Below the pieces are notes generated by a model. The model was not told the origin of the DNA. It searched no databases and saw only the letters and a program-made list of their open reading frames with translations. 64,000 nucleotides of DNA, taken from the NCBI GenBank assembly GCA_963726455.1, contig CAVSCK010000004.1, forward strand, positions 320,001-384,000, given 5' to 3'. The position numbers and the translations under genes were made by a program. This DNA is from an uncultured bacterium. GTDB lineage: Bacteria > Zixibacteria > MSB-5A5 > CAIYYT01. Of the stretch, positions 1-9,501 are shown piece after piece; positions within the stretch are counted from its first letter, which is position 1; every line of letters begins with the position of its first letter.

Positions 1-2
1 TT

Positions 3-1055
3 ACCTCCAAGTATAAGATGCTGGCAGATATCGGTATCCGTATCGGGTCAACCGGCAAGCTTGCCGTGGTCGACCGCAGCAAATTGGAAGGCGCAATCAA
101 GGATTATCCTGACGAAGTGCGCAAGCTTTTGGCGCCGTCAGGCGAGTCGTCAAACAGCAAGGTCTCGTTTGTGGCTCTTTCCGAGAGCACCAAAATCTCT
201 ACCGAAGGATACGATGTCGAAATCACACAGGCCGCCCGGCAGGGATATCTGCAGGGTGGCGTCATTGCCGATCCTTCCGTAACGCCGTTGACGATCGATG
301 CGACCAACAAGAATCTGTCGCTGAAGATCGACGGCATGATCTCTGAGACGATAACTTTGACCGAAAAAAGCTACAGCAGTTGGCAATCTCTGGTTGACGA
401 ATTGCAGCAGAAGATCAATGCTGATTCGAAAGTCGGCGCCAAGGGTGTCAAGGTAACCTATTTCGACAATGGAGCGACCGGCTACCTGATTCTGACTTCA
501 GGCACGTATGGCAAGAGCTCCAAAGTGGAATTGCAGAGCGGTACTTCCACCAGCGCTTATGCAACGCTGGGGCTGGCAACGGCTCAGGTTTTTGGTGGTC
601 AGGATGTAGCGGGCACAATCAACGGTGAAAAGACAACCGGTGTCGGACAGTTTCTCTCCGGCAATTCAGGAAATGCCAACACCGAAGGATTGAAACTTCT
701 CGTCGAACTAACCGACGCCGATCTTCGCACCGGAAACGAGGCATCCGTCAAAGTACTTCGCGGCATTGCCTCCAAATTGCAGGATCTGTCCAATTCGCTT
801 ACCAAAAACGTAAACGGCACTTTCTCCAGTCGCACCAGCGCCCTGCAAAAGCAAATAGATGATATCAAGACGCAAGTTGAGAATAAGAATCAGATGATGG
901 AACTAAAACGCCAGCGACTTATTCAGCAGTTTCAGGAAATGGAGGATGTCCTGGGCAAGCTCAATAACCAATCGGCGTATCTTTCCGGGCAGTTGGCAAA
1001 TTTGTCTTCACTATTCAGCTCATCGAAGAACGGCAGTAACAACAGTGGGTCATGA
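3..1055 (+). CDS. fliD: Flagellar hook-associated protein 2 (filament cap), 5'-truncated by the window edge
   Basis: Frame is open from the window start. The C-terminal coiled coil 'LQKQIDDIKTQVENKNQMMELKRQRLIQQFQEMEDVLGKLNNQSAYL' is typical of FliD_C, and fliS follows. Confidence 0.88.
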   Translation, partial: TSKYKMLADIGIRIGSTGKLAVVDRSKLEGAIKDYPDEVRKLLAPSGESSNSKVSFVALSESTKISTEGYDVEITQAARQGYLQGGVIADPSVTPLTIDATNKNLSLKIDGMISETITLTEKSYSSWQSLVDELQQKINADSKVGAKGVKVTYFDNGATGYLILTSGTYGKSSKVELQSGTSTSAYATLGLATAQVFGGQDVAGTINGEKTTGVGQFLSGNSGNANTEGLKLLVELTDADLRTGNEASVKVLRGIASKLQDLSNSLTKNVNGTFSSRTSALQKQIDDIKTQVENKNQMMELKRQRLIQQFQEMEDVLGKLNNQSAYLSGQLANLSSLFSSSKNGSNNSGS

Positions 1056-1059
1056 GGCA

Positions 1060-1497
1060 ATGGACAAAAAGGTAACTACGTACCAAAAGGCGCAATTGGA
1101 AGGCCTGAGTCAGCGGGACCTTATCGTGATGTGCTATAAGGGCACGATCAAGTACTTGAATGACGCCAGGCAGCGGCTGGAAGCCGGCGATAGCGAGGGC
1201 TTTTCCGAGCAGATCGAGAAGGCGCATCGCGTCATCTTTCACTTGTATACAACACTCGATATGAAGCAAGGGGGAGAGATTGCCCAGCGTTTGGCCGATC
1301 TCTATGCGTACCTGATCAATCAGATTTATCTCTTGAACGCCACCAAGAATCCCGAGATCGCTGATGGCGTTATCAAGATTATGGGCACATTAAAGGAGGG
1401 TTGGGAGGGGTTAGACCCGAAAGCCGTTTCGGGAGCGGCCGACAATGGATCCAGGCAGCGTATTGCTGCTACTCAGGTAGTTTCAGTGCAGATTTGA
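1060..1497 (+). CDS. fliS: Flagellin export chaperone FliS
   Basis: Motifs 'LIVMCYKGTIKYL', 'LYTTLDMKQGGEIAQRLADLYAY' and 'LKEGW'. ATG at 1060 follows GAGG. Confidence 0.93.
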   Translation: MDKKVTTYQKAQLEGLSQRDLIVMCYKGTIKYLNDARQRLEAGDSEGFSEQIEKAHRVIFHLYTTLDMKQGGEIAQRLADLYAYLINQIYLLNATKNPEIADGVIKIMGTLKEGWEGLDPKAVSGAADNGSRQRIAATQVVSVQI

Positions 1498-1504
1498 GGT
1501 GTCG

Positions 1505-1957
1505 ATGGAATACAGTGATGTAACGAAACTGGAAACGAAGCTGATAGCCGGTCTCAAGGACGAATATTCCTTTTATCAGTCTCTGTTTATCGTCATCGAC
1601 AAGCAGAGAGACTATATCAAGTACGACAAGGAACAGAAGATCGTCGATCTCTACGGGGAAGTGGAACGCATTTGTGCCAGAATTCGCGAATCCGAGGAGA
1701 ACATTGCCAAGCTCCGTTCGGACAACAAGAACCTGTTTAACCTCGCGGCCTCCTCACCGGAGGTGCGACGCCTGGTCAACTCCATTACCACGTTGATCTC
1801 CAAGACGCTTAAGATCGTCAAGGAAAACGAGGACGTCGCCAGCAGCAAGTACGAAGCTATTCGCGATCAATTGGCGCAGCTCGAAAAAGGGCGCAAGGTC
1901 ACGGGTTATATGCCGCGCAGAACACAAACTCCCCAATACGTTGACAAGAAAAGGTAA
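1505..1957 (+). CDS. Helical flagellar export chaperone, FlgN/FliT-like
   Basis: About 150-aa all-helical protein between fliS and the flgM-like gene. It ends in 'GY...YVDKKR', resembling FlgN tails. Start is 1499 (GTG) or 1505 (ATG). Confidence 0.5.
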   Translation: MEYSDVTKLETKLIAGLKDEYSFYQSLFIVIDKQRDYIKYDKEQKIVDLYGEVERICARIRESEENIAKLRSDNKNLFNLAASSPEVRRLVNSITTLISKTLKIVKENEDVASSKYEAIRDQLAQLEKGRKVTGYMPRRTQTPQYVDKKR

Positions 1958-1973
1958 GTGTGGTTGTGGACTT

Positions 1974-2321
1974 ATGAAGATTGACGACAACCTTAACAAA
2001 GCGGCGCAAGCCGCGCTGGCCGGCAAATCCAAGCTGGCTGACAAATCAAAGAAAGCAAACAAGGGCAGTACGCCTTTGGCGTCAAAACAAGAAAGCTCCC
2101 CAGAACCGTCCGCGCCCGTGAAGGCGAAATCGGCTAAGGAGCGCACTGATATGTACGAATCACAAAAAACGAAAACAGGTGCAGCCGGTGAAGTCTCAGT
2201 GCCGGTCAGACCTGACAAGGTAGAACGCGCTCGGCAACTTGTGGCCTCTGGGGCCTATAACAATCCGGACGTCATCGACAAGATTATTGACCGCCTGATC
2301 GAGGCGATAAGAGAGGTATAG
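1974..2321 (+). CDS. flgM: Anti-sigma-28 factor FlgM-like protein
   Basis: Disordered N-terminus, then 'VRPDKVERARQLVASGAYNNPDVIDKIIDRL', matching the FlgM C-terminal pattern. Flagellar context. Confidence 0.65.
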   Translation: MKIDDNLNKAAQAALAGKSKLADKSKKANKGSTPLASKQESSPEPSAPVKAKSAKERTDMYESQKTKTGAAGEVSVPVRPDKVERARQLVASGAYNNPDVIDKIIDRLIEAIREV

Positions 2322-2324
2322 GAC

Positions 2325-3221
2325 ATGCTTGCGCAGCAGACAATCACACCGGAGGAGAAACTTCGTCGTCGCCTGAGTACTATCAGCAATCTGCCCTCGC
2401 CGCCACTGGTCTTTAATCAAATCTCGAAGGTGATCAACGATCCCAGAACTTCGGTCAAGGATGTCGCTGCCATTATGTCTGAAGATGCTGCTATGAGCGC
2501 CAAAGTTCTCCGGCTCTCCAATTCCGCCTTCTATGGAGCCAAAAACGAAATCACCGGTATCAAACAGGCAATCCTTGTCCTCGGACTTGAGGCCGTCAAG
2601 TCGCTGGTGTTGTCGTCGTCGGTGTTTGATATGTTCAAGTCCCAGAAACTCGACACCGAATTTCAGGAATCATTCTGGCGGCATTCGCTGGCTACCGCTC
2701 TGGCAGGACGCCTGGTTGTCAAGCACCTCCGGGTGCTCGCGCCGTACGATCCCGAAATTGCCTTCTCAGCCGGCCTGTTGCACGACATCGGCAAACTGAT
2801 ATTTTGTTGTTTCATGGTCGATGAACACAAGCAATCCGTGCTGTACAAGAAAGAACACCACAGTTCAGATTATCAGGCCGAAATACAGGTTGGCGGCTAT
2901 GCACATACTCTTGTTGGCCGCATGTTGGCACAAAACTGGAAGTTGCCCGCTCCGATATTGGAAGCCATTGAATTTCATCATTTCCCGGTTCTGCCCGAGC
3001 AGGAGGACGACAAGTATTCATGCGTCATACACGCAGCCGACTACCTTTCACATCTGACCTTTGACAAGAAACTTCCTCAGATCAACGATTGGGAGCATCT
3101 GCAACCTTCGCTCAGTGATTATCTGGAATTCACGCCTGAGGTTGTCGAAGCGCTGAGCCACCGGCTGCTTGAAGAGTACTCCTGCAGCAGCACCTTCATG
3201 CAGATGGCGCTGTCCGCCTGA
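2325..3221 (+). CDS. HDOD domain-containing signalling protein
   Basis: Motifs 'LPSPP', 'SAKVLRLSNSAFYG', 'FWRHSL', 'AGLLHDIGK', 'WKLP..I..AI.FHH'. Confidence 0.92.
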   Translation: MLAQQTITPEEKLRRRLSTISNLPSPPLVFNQISKVINDPRTSVKDVAAIMSEDAAMSAKVLRLSNSAFYGAKNEITGIKQAILVLGLEAVKSLVLSSSVFDMFKSQKLDTEFQESFWRHSLATALAGRLVVKHLRVLAPYDPEIAFSAGLLHDIGKLIFCCFMVDEHKQSVLYKKEHHSSDYQAEIQVGGYAHTLVGRMLAQNWKLPAPILEAIEFHHFPVLPEQEDDKYSCVIHAADYLSHLTFDKKLPQINDWEHLQPSLSDYLEFTPEVVEALSHRLLEEYSCSSTFMQMALSA

Positions 3222-3290
3222 GACAGACGGTCTCAGAGATACATTTTCTCCTTTACTTCACACGCACCTGCGCATATTCTATCGGTCAAA

Positions 3291-4472
3291 TTGACCAGGC
3301 AGGTTTTGGTGCGTATTCGCAAAGTTCCATTCTATAAAGTCACACTTGACGAGAGCGATATCGAGCAAGTTGTGAAGACGTTGCGTTCCGGCTGGCTGAC
3401 GACCGGCCAGGTGACTCACGAATTCGAAGAAGAATTTGCCGGTTATGTCGGCGCCAAGTACGCCCTTGCCGTCAATTCCTGCACCGCTGCCTTGCATCTG
3501 TCTCTCCTGGCCGCTGGTGTCGGACCCGGCGATGAAGTAATCACATCGCCATATACGTTCGTGGCAACTACCGAGACCATTATCCAAACCGGAGCCACAC
3601 CCATTTTCGTCGACACCGAACCAGATTCATTCAACATTGATCTCGATCGAATTTCGGCCGCAGCCACGAAGAATACCAGGGCCGTTGTGCCGGTTCACAT
3701 TGCCGGCCTGCCGATAGATCTGACGAAACTCGATGCCCTGCGCCGAAAATACAAATTGACTATCATTCACGATGCCGCCCACGCACTGGGCGCCGGCTGG
3801 CGAAACAGGATGGTCGGTTCCACCGCGGACTTTTCCTGCTTTTCCTTCTATGCCACCAAGAACTTGACTACCGGCGAAGGTGGCATGATTTCAACTAACA
3901 ACGAAAGAGCATACGAAGAACTTCGAATTCTCTCACTGCACGGCATGTCCCGCGATGCTTGGAAACGCTATTCCGGCAAGGGTTCGTGGAAGTATCAAAT
4001 TGTGAGACTGGGTTACAAGTACAATCTCTCCGACATCAACGCGACGCTGGGGATCCAACAACTTCGACGATTTGCCGCCATCCAGAAGCAGCGCCACGAA
4101 CTCGCCGCCACTTATCAACACTATTTGCAGGATATTGAAGAGCTAATTCTGCCTGAGGAGCCCGCCGGAGTCACCCATGCCTGGCACCTGTATATCATCC
4201 GCTTGCTTCACGCGTCCGAGTCTCGCCGTGACGACGTCATCGAACAGCTCAAATCCCTCGGCATCGGTACTTCCGTGCACTTCATCCCTCTCCATATGCA
4301 ACCTTATTATAGGAAGCGCTACGGATTCCGCCGCGACGATTTCCCGAACGCTTACAAACTATATCGTTCTGCCATCACGCTACCGTTCTATGTCGATCTC
4401 ACCGAGGCGGACATCAAGTACGTTGCCGATTGCCTTCGCCGAATACTCTCCCGAAACCGTCGATCCAAGTGA
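3291..4472 (+). CDS. DegT/DnrJ/EryC1/StrS family nucleotide-sugar aminotransferase
   Basis: Motifs 'LRSGWLTTG', 'VNSCTAALHL', 'DAAHALGA' and the PLP lysine in 'SFYATKNLTTGEGG'. True start may be GTG 3309. Confidence 0.93.
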   Translation: MTRQVLVRIRKVPFYKVTLDESDIEQVVKTLRSGWLTTGQVTHEFEEEFAGYVGAKYALAVNSCTAALHLSLLAAGVGPGDEVITSPYTFVATTETIIQTGATPIFVDTEPDSFNIDLDRISAAATKNTRAVVPVHIAGLPIDLTKLDALRRKYKLTIIHDAAHALGAGWRNRMVGSTADFSCFSFYATKNLTTGEGGMISTNNERAYEELRILSLHGMSRDAWKRYSGKGSWKYQIVRLGYKYNLSDINATLGIQQLRRFAAIQKQRHELAATYQHYLQDIEELILPEEPAGVTHAWHLYIIRLLHASESRRDDVIEQLKSLGIGTSVHFIPLHMQPYYRKRYGFRRDDFPNAYKLYRSAITLPFYVDLTEADIKYVADCLRRILSRNRRSK

Positions 4473-4481
4473 CGGTGGCAA

Positions 4482-5081
4482 TTGCGGCGAATCACTGACA
4501 TCTTTTTCGCACTATTCCTGATCTTGCTCACATCACCGCTCTGGTTGCTGATCATCTTGGCGCTTCTAGTATTTTCGCCCGGATGCCCTTTCTATCTTCA
4601 CACGCGTGTCGGACTGAACGGCGAGCATTTTAGACTAGTCAAATTCCGTACGATGCGACCTGATAGAACCAGCAACCTGGAACTCACCGTCTCTGGCGAC
4701 CAACGGATTACGTCCATGGGCAGAATCCTCCGGCGTACCAAGCTCGACGAGTTGCCGCAATTGCTGAATATCCTGTCCGGCTCGATGACCTTCGTCGGTC
4801 CGCGGCCCGAAGTCCCCGGCTACGTCGTCAACTATTCGCCGGCGCAGCGAAGAATCTTCGATTTCAAACCCGGCCTGACGGATCCCGCATCACTCAAGTA
4901 CCGCCATGAAGAAAGAATCCTCGCCAGTTACGCCGATCCGATAGCTGGATATCTCGAAGTCGTCGCCCCGGACAAAATCAATCTCTCGTTGGAATATCAA
5001 GAGAATCGGACCGCTTTTTCCGATATCAAGATTGTGGCGCTGACACTGGCTGCGATCTTTCGTACACACGATGATGGGTAA
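4482..5081 (+). CDS. Bacterial sugar transferase (phosphoglycosyl transferase, PglC/WcaJ C-terminal type)
   Basis: N-terminal hydrophobic helix, plus 'KFRTM', 'LDELPQLLNIL.G.MTFVGPRPE' and 'KPGLT'. Confidence 0.92.
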   Translation: MRRITDIFFALFLILLTSPLWLLIILALLVFSPGCPFYLHTRVGLNGEHFRLVKFRTMRPDRTSNLELTVSGDQRITSMGRILRRTKLDELPQLLNILSGSMTFVGPRPEVPGYVVNYSPAQRRIFDFKPGLTDPASLKYRHEERILASYADPIAGYLEVVAPDKINLSLEYQENRTAFSDIKIVALTLAAIFRTHDDG

Positions 5082-5124
5082 TGGTAGAGGTACGTAACTC
5101 CGTCGTCCGAGGCAAGGAAATCTC

Positions 5125-5153
5125 TTGACAAATTTCCGGTTCCGCGATAAACT
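5125..5153 (+). promoter_or_regulatory. Sigma70-type promoter for tRNA-Val
   Basis: TTGACA (5125-5130), 17-nt spacer, TAAACT (5148-5153). Confidence 0.75.
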
Positions 5154-5173
5154 CGGTACCTGACGATTACCGT

Positions 5174-5250
5174 GGGCGATTAGCTCAGATGGTTAGAGCG
5201 CCTGCTCGACACGCAGGAGGTCACCGGTTCGATTCCTGTATCGCCCACCA
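5174..5250 (+). tRNA. tRNA-Val (anticodon GAC), CCA encoded
   Basis: Cloverleaf: acceptor GGGCGAT/ATCGCCC, D arm GCTC/GAGC, anticodon arm CCTGC-TCGACAC-GCAGG, T loop TTCGATT, 3' ACCA. Confidence 0.95.
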
Positions 5251-5253
5251 TGT

Positions 5254-5280
5254 TTGCCTCGTAACCGGAGGCAATTTTTT
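5254..5280 (+). terminator. Intrinsic terminator-like hairpin after tRNA-Val
   Basis: TTGCCTC-gtaaccg-GAGGCAA followed by TTTTTT. Confidence 0.65.
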
Positions 5281-5298
5281 ATAAGGTTGGATAAGACC

Positions 5299-7236
5299 AT
5301 GGCACTGGACATCAAATTTCCCGACGGCGCGGTAAAACAGTTTCCCGAGGGTACCACCGGTTTTGAAATCGCCCGCTCGATTTCTGAACGGCTGGCAGCT
5401 GAGGCATTGGCCGTCACGCTGGATGGCGCCGTTAAGGACGTCAATGTTCCTCTTTTGGCGGGTGGACAATTTCAGATTCACACCTTTGATTCGCCTGTCG
5501 GCAAAAGTGTATTCTGGCATTCTACCGCTCATGTAATGGCACAGGCCGTCAAGGAACTGTTCCCGGGTACCAAATTAGGAATCGGTCCAGCCATAGAAGA
5601 GGGCTTCTACTACGATTTCGACGTCCCCAGTCCTTTCACCGACGAAGATTTGGCACGCATCGAGAAACGCATGCAACAGATTATCGAAGGCAAACACCGC
5701 TTCCAGCGCGAAGAGATTTCTCGTGACGAGGCCGTTCGTCGCGCCAAACAGGAAGGTGAAACGTATCGTCTGGAAATCATCGACGGTCTGGAAGGGGAAT
5801 CGACCATTTCGTACTATCACCATGACACTTTCAGCGATCTGTGCCGCGGTCCGCATCTGCCTGCGACTGACAAGATAAAGGCCTTCAAATTGCTTTCGGT
5901 CGCCGGTGCTTATTGGCGGGGCGATGAACATAACAAAATGCTTCAGCGCATCTACGGCATCTCCTTTCCTAAGAAGTCGATGCTCGACGAATATCTCGAG
6001 CGGCTTGAACAAGCCAAAAAGCGCGATCACCGCAAATTGGGCAAAGAGCTGGGACTCTTCCTGATCACTGAAGAGACCGGCGGGGGATTGCCTCTTTGGT
6101 TGCCAAAGGGCGCGTTGATGCGGCATATCATTGAAAATTATTGGAAAGAAATGCATTTGAGTCACGGCTATCAACTCGTGATGTCTCCGCATATTGCCCG
6201 CCTCAAACTTTGGGAAACCTCCGGACATACCGGTTTCTACGCGGAGAACATGTACTCACCAATTGAAGTCGATAACGAGAAGTACCAGATCAAGCCGATG
6301 AACTGCCCCTTCCATATTTTGATGTACAAGCAGGGCGTTCATTCATATCGCGAACTTCCCTTGCGCTGGGCAGAGCTCGGTACCGTTTATCGCTACGAGC
6401 GTGGCGGCGTTTTGCACGGTCTCTTTCGGGTGCGCGGCTTTACTCAGGATGACGCGCACATCTTCTGCACGCCCGAGCAGCTTGAGGACGAGATCATTGG
6501 AGTGCTTGACCTTACCAAGGAAATCTTGGGAGCATTTGGTTTCTGGGATTACGAGATATATCTGTCAACTCGCCCGGCTAAAGCGATCGGTGCGCCGGAA
6601 CTCTGGCAGCAGGCCGAGGCGTCGCTGCGGCACGCGCTTGAGCTTAGAGGTTTGAAATACGACGTCGATGAGGGCGGTGGCGCATTTTACGGACCGAAGA
6701 TCGACATCAAGATTCGTGACGCCATGTCGCGCGTCTGGCAGTGCACTACTGTGCAATTCGATTTCAACCTGCCGGAGCGATTCGAGCTCTATTATATCGA
6801 TAAGGATGGCTCGCAGAAACGGCCTTATATGGTGCATCGCGCCATCCTCGGCTCTCTGGAGCGATTCTTCGGCGTACTGATTGAGAATTTCGGCGGCTTT
6901 TTCCCGCTCTGGATCGCGCCCGTACAGGCCAAGGTTCTGCCGATTACCGACCGGCATCATGATTATGCCGCCAAAGTCGTCGAACAGCTCAAAGCTGCGG
7001 GAATCAGGGTCGAATTTGATGCCCGTCCGGAGAAGGTCGGCTATAAAATTCGTGAGGCCGAGACCCAGAAAATTCCGTATATGATGATTTGCGGCGACAA
7101 AGAGGCCGAAAGCGGTCAGGTCAGTTTGCGGCACCACGGCGAGGGTGATTTGGGGGCAGTTACGGTCGAACAGGCCATAGAACGGCTGTCTAAAGAGATA
7201 AAAGATCGCAGTTTGCCGGCGAAAACTCCTGCCTAA
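5299..7236 (+). CDS. thrS: Threonine--tRNA ligase
   Basis: TGS domain, 'WHSTAHVMAQA', 'DLCRGPH', 'RDHRKLG', 'KPMNCPFH', 'RVRGFTQDDAH'. ATG at 5299. Confidence 0.98.
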   Translation: MALDIKFPDGAVKQFPEGTTGFEIARSISERLAAEALAVTLDGAVKDVNVPLLAGGQFQIHTFDSPVGKSVFWHSTAHVMAQAVKELFPGTKLGIGPAIEEGFYYDFDVPSPFTDEDLARIEKRMQQIIEGKHRFQREEISRDEAVRRAKQEGETYRLEIIDGLEGESTISYYHHDTFSDLCRGPHLPATDKIKAFKLLSVAGAYWRGDEHNKMLQRIYGISFPKKSMLDEYLERLEQAKKRDHRKLGKELGLFLITEETGGGLPLWLPKGALMRHIIENYWKEMHLSHGYQLVMSPHIARLKLWETSGHTGFYAENMYSPIEVDNEKYQIKPMNCPFHILMYKQGVHSYRELPLRWAELGTVYRYERGGVLHGLFRVRGFTQDDAHIFCTPEQLEDEIIGVLDLTKEILGAFGFWDYEIYLSTRPAKAIGAPELWQQAEASLRHALELRGLKYDVDEGGGAFYGPKIDIKIRDAMSRVWQCTTVQFDFNLPERFELYYIDKDGSQKRPYMVHRAILGSLERFFGVLIENFGGFFPLWIAPVQAKVLPITDRHHDYAAKVVEQLKAAGIRVEFDARPEKVGYKIREAETQKIPYMMICGDKEAESGQVSLRHHGEGDLGAVTVEQAIERLSKEIKDRSLPAKTPA

Positions 7237-7265
7237 CGGCTCTTCGCGGATCAGTCATTTTTTTC

Positions 7266-7294
7266 TTGGCAAATTAGGCGGCGTCCTATATAAT
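7266..7294 (+). promoter_or_regulatory. Sigma70-type promoter of infC-rpmI-rplT
   Basis: TTGGCA (7266-7271), 17-nt spacer, TATAAT (7289-7294). Confidence 0.72.
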
Positions 7295-7354
7295 GCAAAG
7301 CTAAATGGAGATGCTAGGTCTCTGCAATCGTAACCCGTTACGGGAGGTGACAGT

Positions 7355-7915
7355 ATAAGTAAGAAAAAGCCCGAGATCAGAGTGAACGAAATGATTCGCA
7401 TTCCCGAGATACGGGTAATTGACCAGGATGGCCAGCAAATCGGGATTATGCAAACGAGAGATGCTCTGGACATGGCTTTTAGCCGCGGACTTGATCTGGT
7501 TGAGATCTCGCCCACAGCACGACCGCCAGTCTGCAAGATATTGGACTATGGTCGATACAAATACGAGCTGCAGAAAAAAGCGAAAGTCTCCAAGAAAAAG
7601 CAGCATCAGGTTAACCTGAAGGAGATGAAGTACAGGCCGAAAATTGAGGAACACGACTACCTGTTCAAAACCAAACATGTCGTGGATTTCCTTAAAGAAG
7701 GCTATAAAGTCAAAGTGATGGTGGATTTCCGCGGCAGGGAAATCGCCCATCAGGAATTTGGCACGAAGATAATGAGCCGTTTGGTGGAGGATCTGGCGAC
7801 GCTTGCAGTTGTCGAACTCGAACCGCGGATGGAAGGCAACACCCTGACGATGGTGGTCAGCCCCAAGCAGGCGATAGAAAAAGGAATCAAACATGCCGAA
7901 GATGAAGACCAATAG
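7355..7915 (+). CDS. infC: Translation initiation factor IF-3, probable non-canonical ATA start
   Basis: Motifs '[15 protein letters not shown]', '[20 protein letters not shown]', 'FRGRE'. A strong SD (GGAGGTGA, 7343-7350) precedes an in-frame ATA at 7355. Confidence 0.95.
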   Translation: MSKKKPEIRVNEMIRIPEIRVIDQDGQQIGIMQTRDALDMAFSRGLDLVEISPTARPPVCKILDYGRYKYELQKKAKVSKKKQHQVNLKEMKYRPKIEEHDYLFKTKHVVDFLKEGYKVKVMVDFRGREIAHQEFGTKIMSRLVEDLATLAVVELEPRMEGNTLTMVVSPKQAIEKGIKHAEDEDQ

Positions 7916-8087
7916 AGCGGCCGCGAAGCGGTTTAAGAAGACTGCCAACGGTAAGATCAAACGCAAAAAAGCGTACGCTCGGCACATTCTTACGAAAAAG
8001 TCTGCCAAACGCAAACGCAACCTGCGCAAAGCTGCCTACGTTAAGGGTGCCGACGCGCGGAAGCTCAAGTATTTGCTTCCCGGCTAA
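7893..8087 (+). CDS. rpmI: 50S ribosomal protein L35
   Basis: '[24 protein letters not shown]...HILTKK'. Confidence 0.97.
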   Translation: MPKMKTNRAAAKRFKKTANGKIKRKKAYARHILTKKSAKRKRNLRKAAYVKGADARKLKYLLPG

Positions 8088-8120
8088 ACGCTTTGTGGAT
8101 AAGAGAAGGAGATTAGTTAA

Positions 8121-8471
8121 ATGCCACGCGCAACCAATAACGTCGCTTCGCGTAAACGTCGCAAAAAAGTCCTGAAAGCCGCCCGTGGGAATTTCGGCGG
8201 CCGCAGCAAGCTGCTGCGTACTGCCAAAGAAACGGTGCAAAAGGGCCTGACTTATGCCTACCGTGACCGCCGCAACAAGAAACGCGAATTCCGCCGCCTC
8301 TGGATAACCCGTATTTCCGCCGCCTGTCGGATGGCCGATGTGAGTTATTCGTTATTTATGCATGGACTCAAGAAATCCGGCGTGAACCTTGATCGCAAAG
8401 TACTTGCTGATCTGGCCGTTCGCGATAAAGCGACCTTTACGAAACTGACTGAGATTGCGAAAAAAGCCTGA
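8121..8471 (+). CDS. rplT: 50S ribosomal protein L20
   Basis: '[21 protein letters not shown]' and '[10 protein letters not shown]'. Confidence 0.98.
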   Translation: MPRATNNVASRKRRKKVLKAARGNFGGRSKLLRTAKETVQKGLTYAYRDRRNKKREFRRLWITRISAACRMADVSYSLFMHGLKKSGVNLDRKVLADLAVRDKATFTKLTEIAKKA

Positions 8472-8473
8472 GC

Positions 8474-9487
8474 ATGTCGGACGACAGAGTTGCCCAGATT
8501 GTCGCCGAGGCCGGAGCAGAAATCGCTCAATCCAGTACCGCTGACCAGCTTGAATCTCTCCGTGTAAAGTACCTTGGCAGGAAGAGTGCTATTATCGGCC
8601 TCTTGCGCGGTCTGAAGGATCTCGATCCGGAAACGCGAAAGGTCTTCGGTCAACAAACCAACGTAGCCAAAGAAACAATCGAGAAACTACTGGCCGAAAA
8701 GCTGGAGTCGCTTGGCGGCGCCACAACTCGCTCCCAGGCAGGGTTCGACTTCACTCTTCCCGGCAAACATTATCCTGTCGGCAAACTCCATCCCATCACC
8801 GCCACACTAAATGAGATCATCGACATATTCTTTGGCATGGGATTTGAAGTGGCCCTTGGGCCCGAAGTAGAGACCGAGTATTACAATTTCGGCGCGCTAA
8901 ACTTTCCGCCCGATCATCCGGCTCGCGACATGCAGGATACTTTCTATGTGGACAAAGAAATTCTCCTGCGCACGCACACTTCTCCGATTCAAATTCGAGA
9001 ATTCGAGAAGCGCAAGCCGCCGGTGCGCATTATCGGTCCCGGACGCTCATACCGCCAGGAGGCGATCAGCGCCCGCGCCTATTGCGTGTTCCATCAGCTC
9101 GAAGGTTTCTATGTCGACCACGACGTGACATTCGCCGACTTGAAAGGCGTCCTGAGCGTGTTTGCACACACTTACTTCGGTTCCGACGTCAAACTCCGTT
9201 TTCGCCCCAGCTTCTTCCCCTTTACCGAGCCGTCCGCCGAAATGGACGTTACTTGTTTTCTCTGCGGCGGCAAGGGCTGTCGGGTTTGTAAGCATGAGGG
9301 CTGGTTGGAGATTCTTGGCTGCGGCATGATTGACCCGCACGTTTTCCGGTCGGTCAAGTACGATCCGGAAGAATTTTCGGGATATGCATTTGGTATGGGT
9401 ATCGAGCGCATCGCCATGCTCAAGTACCGCATTGATGATATTCGCCTGTTTTTCGACAATGATCTTCGTTTCTTGAAACAATTCTAA
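8474..9487 (+). CDS. pheS: Phenylalanine--tRNA ligase alpha subunit
   Basis: 'HPARDMQDTFY', 'LRTHTSP', 'FRPSFFPFTEPSAE', 'GYAFGMGIERIAML'. Confidence 0.98.
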   Translation: MSDDRVAQIVAEAGAEIAQSSTADQLESLRVKYLGRKSAIIGLLRGLKDLDPETRKVFGQQTNVAKETIEKLLAEKLESLGGATTRSQAGFDFTLPGKHYPVGKLHPITATLNEIIDIFFGMGFEVALGPEVETEYYNFGALNFPPDHPARDMQDTFYVDKEILLRTHTSPIQIREFEKRKPPVRIIGPGRSYRQEAISARAYCVFHQLEGFYVDHDVTFADLKGVLSVFAHTYFGSDVKLRFRPSFFPFTEPSAEMDVTCFLCGGKGCRVCKHEGWLEILGCGMIDPHVFRSVKYDPEEFSGYAFGMGIERIAMLKYRIDDIRLFFDNDLRFLKQF

Positions 9488-9501
9488 AGGGAAGCGGGCA
9501 G

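Noticed and set aside
8094-8102. Perfect DnaA box TGTGGATAA between rpmI and rplT
   Set aside because: Single copy with no cluster or AT-rich unwinding element; compatible with chance.
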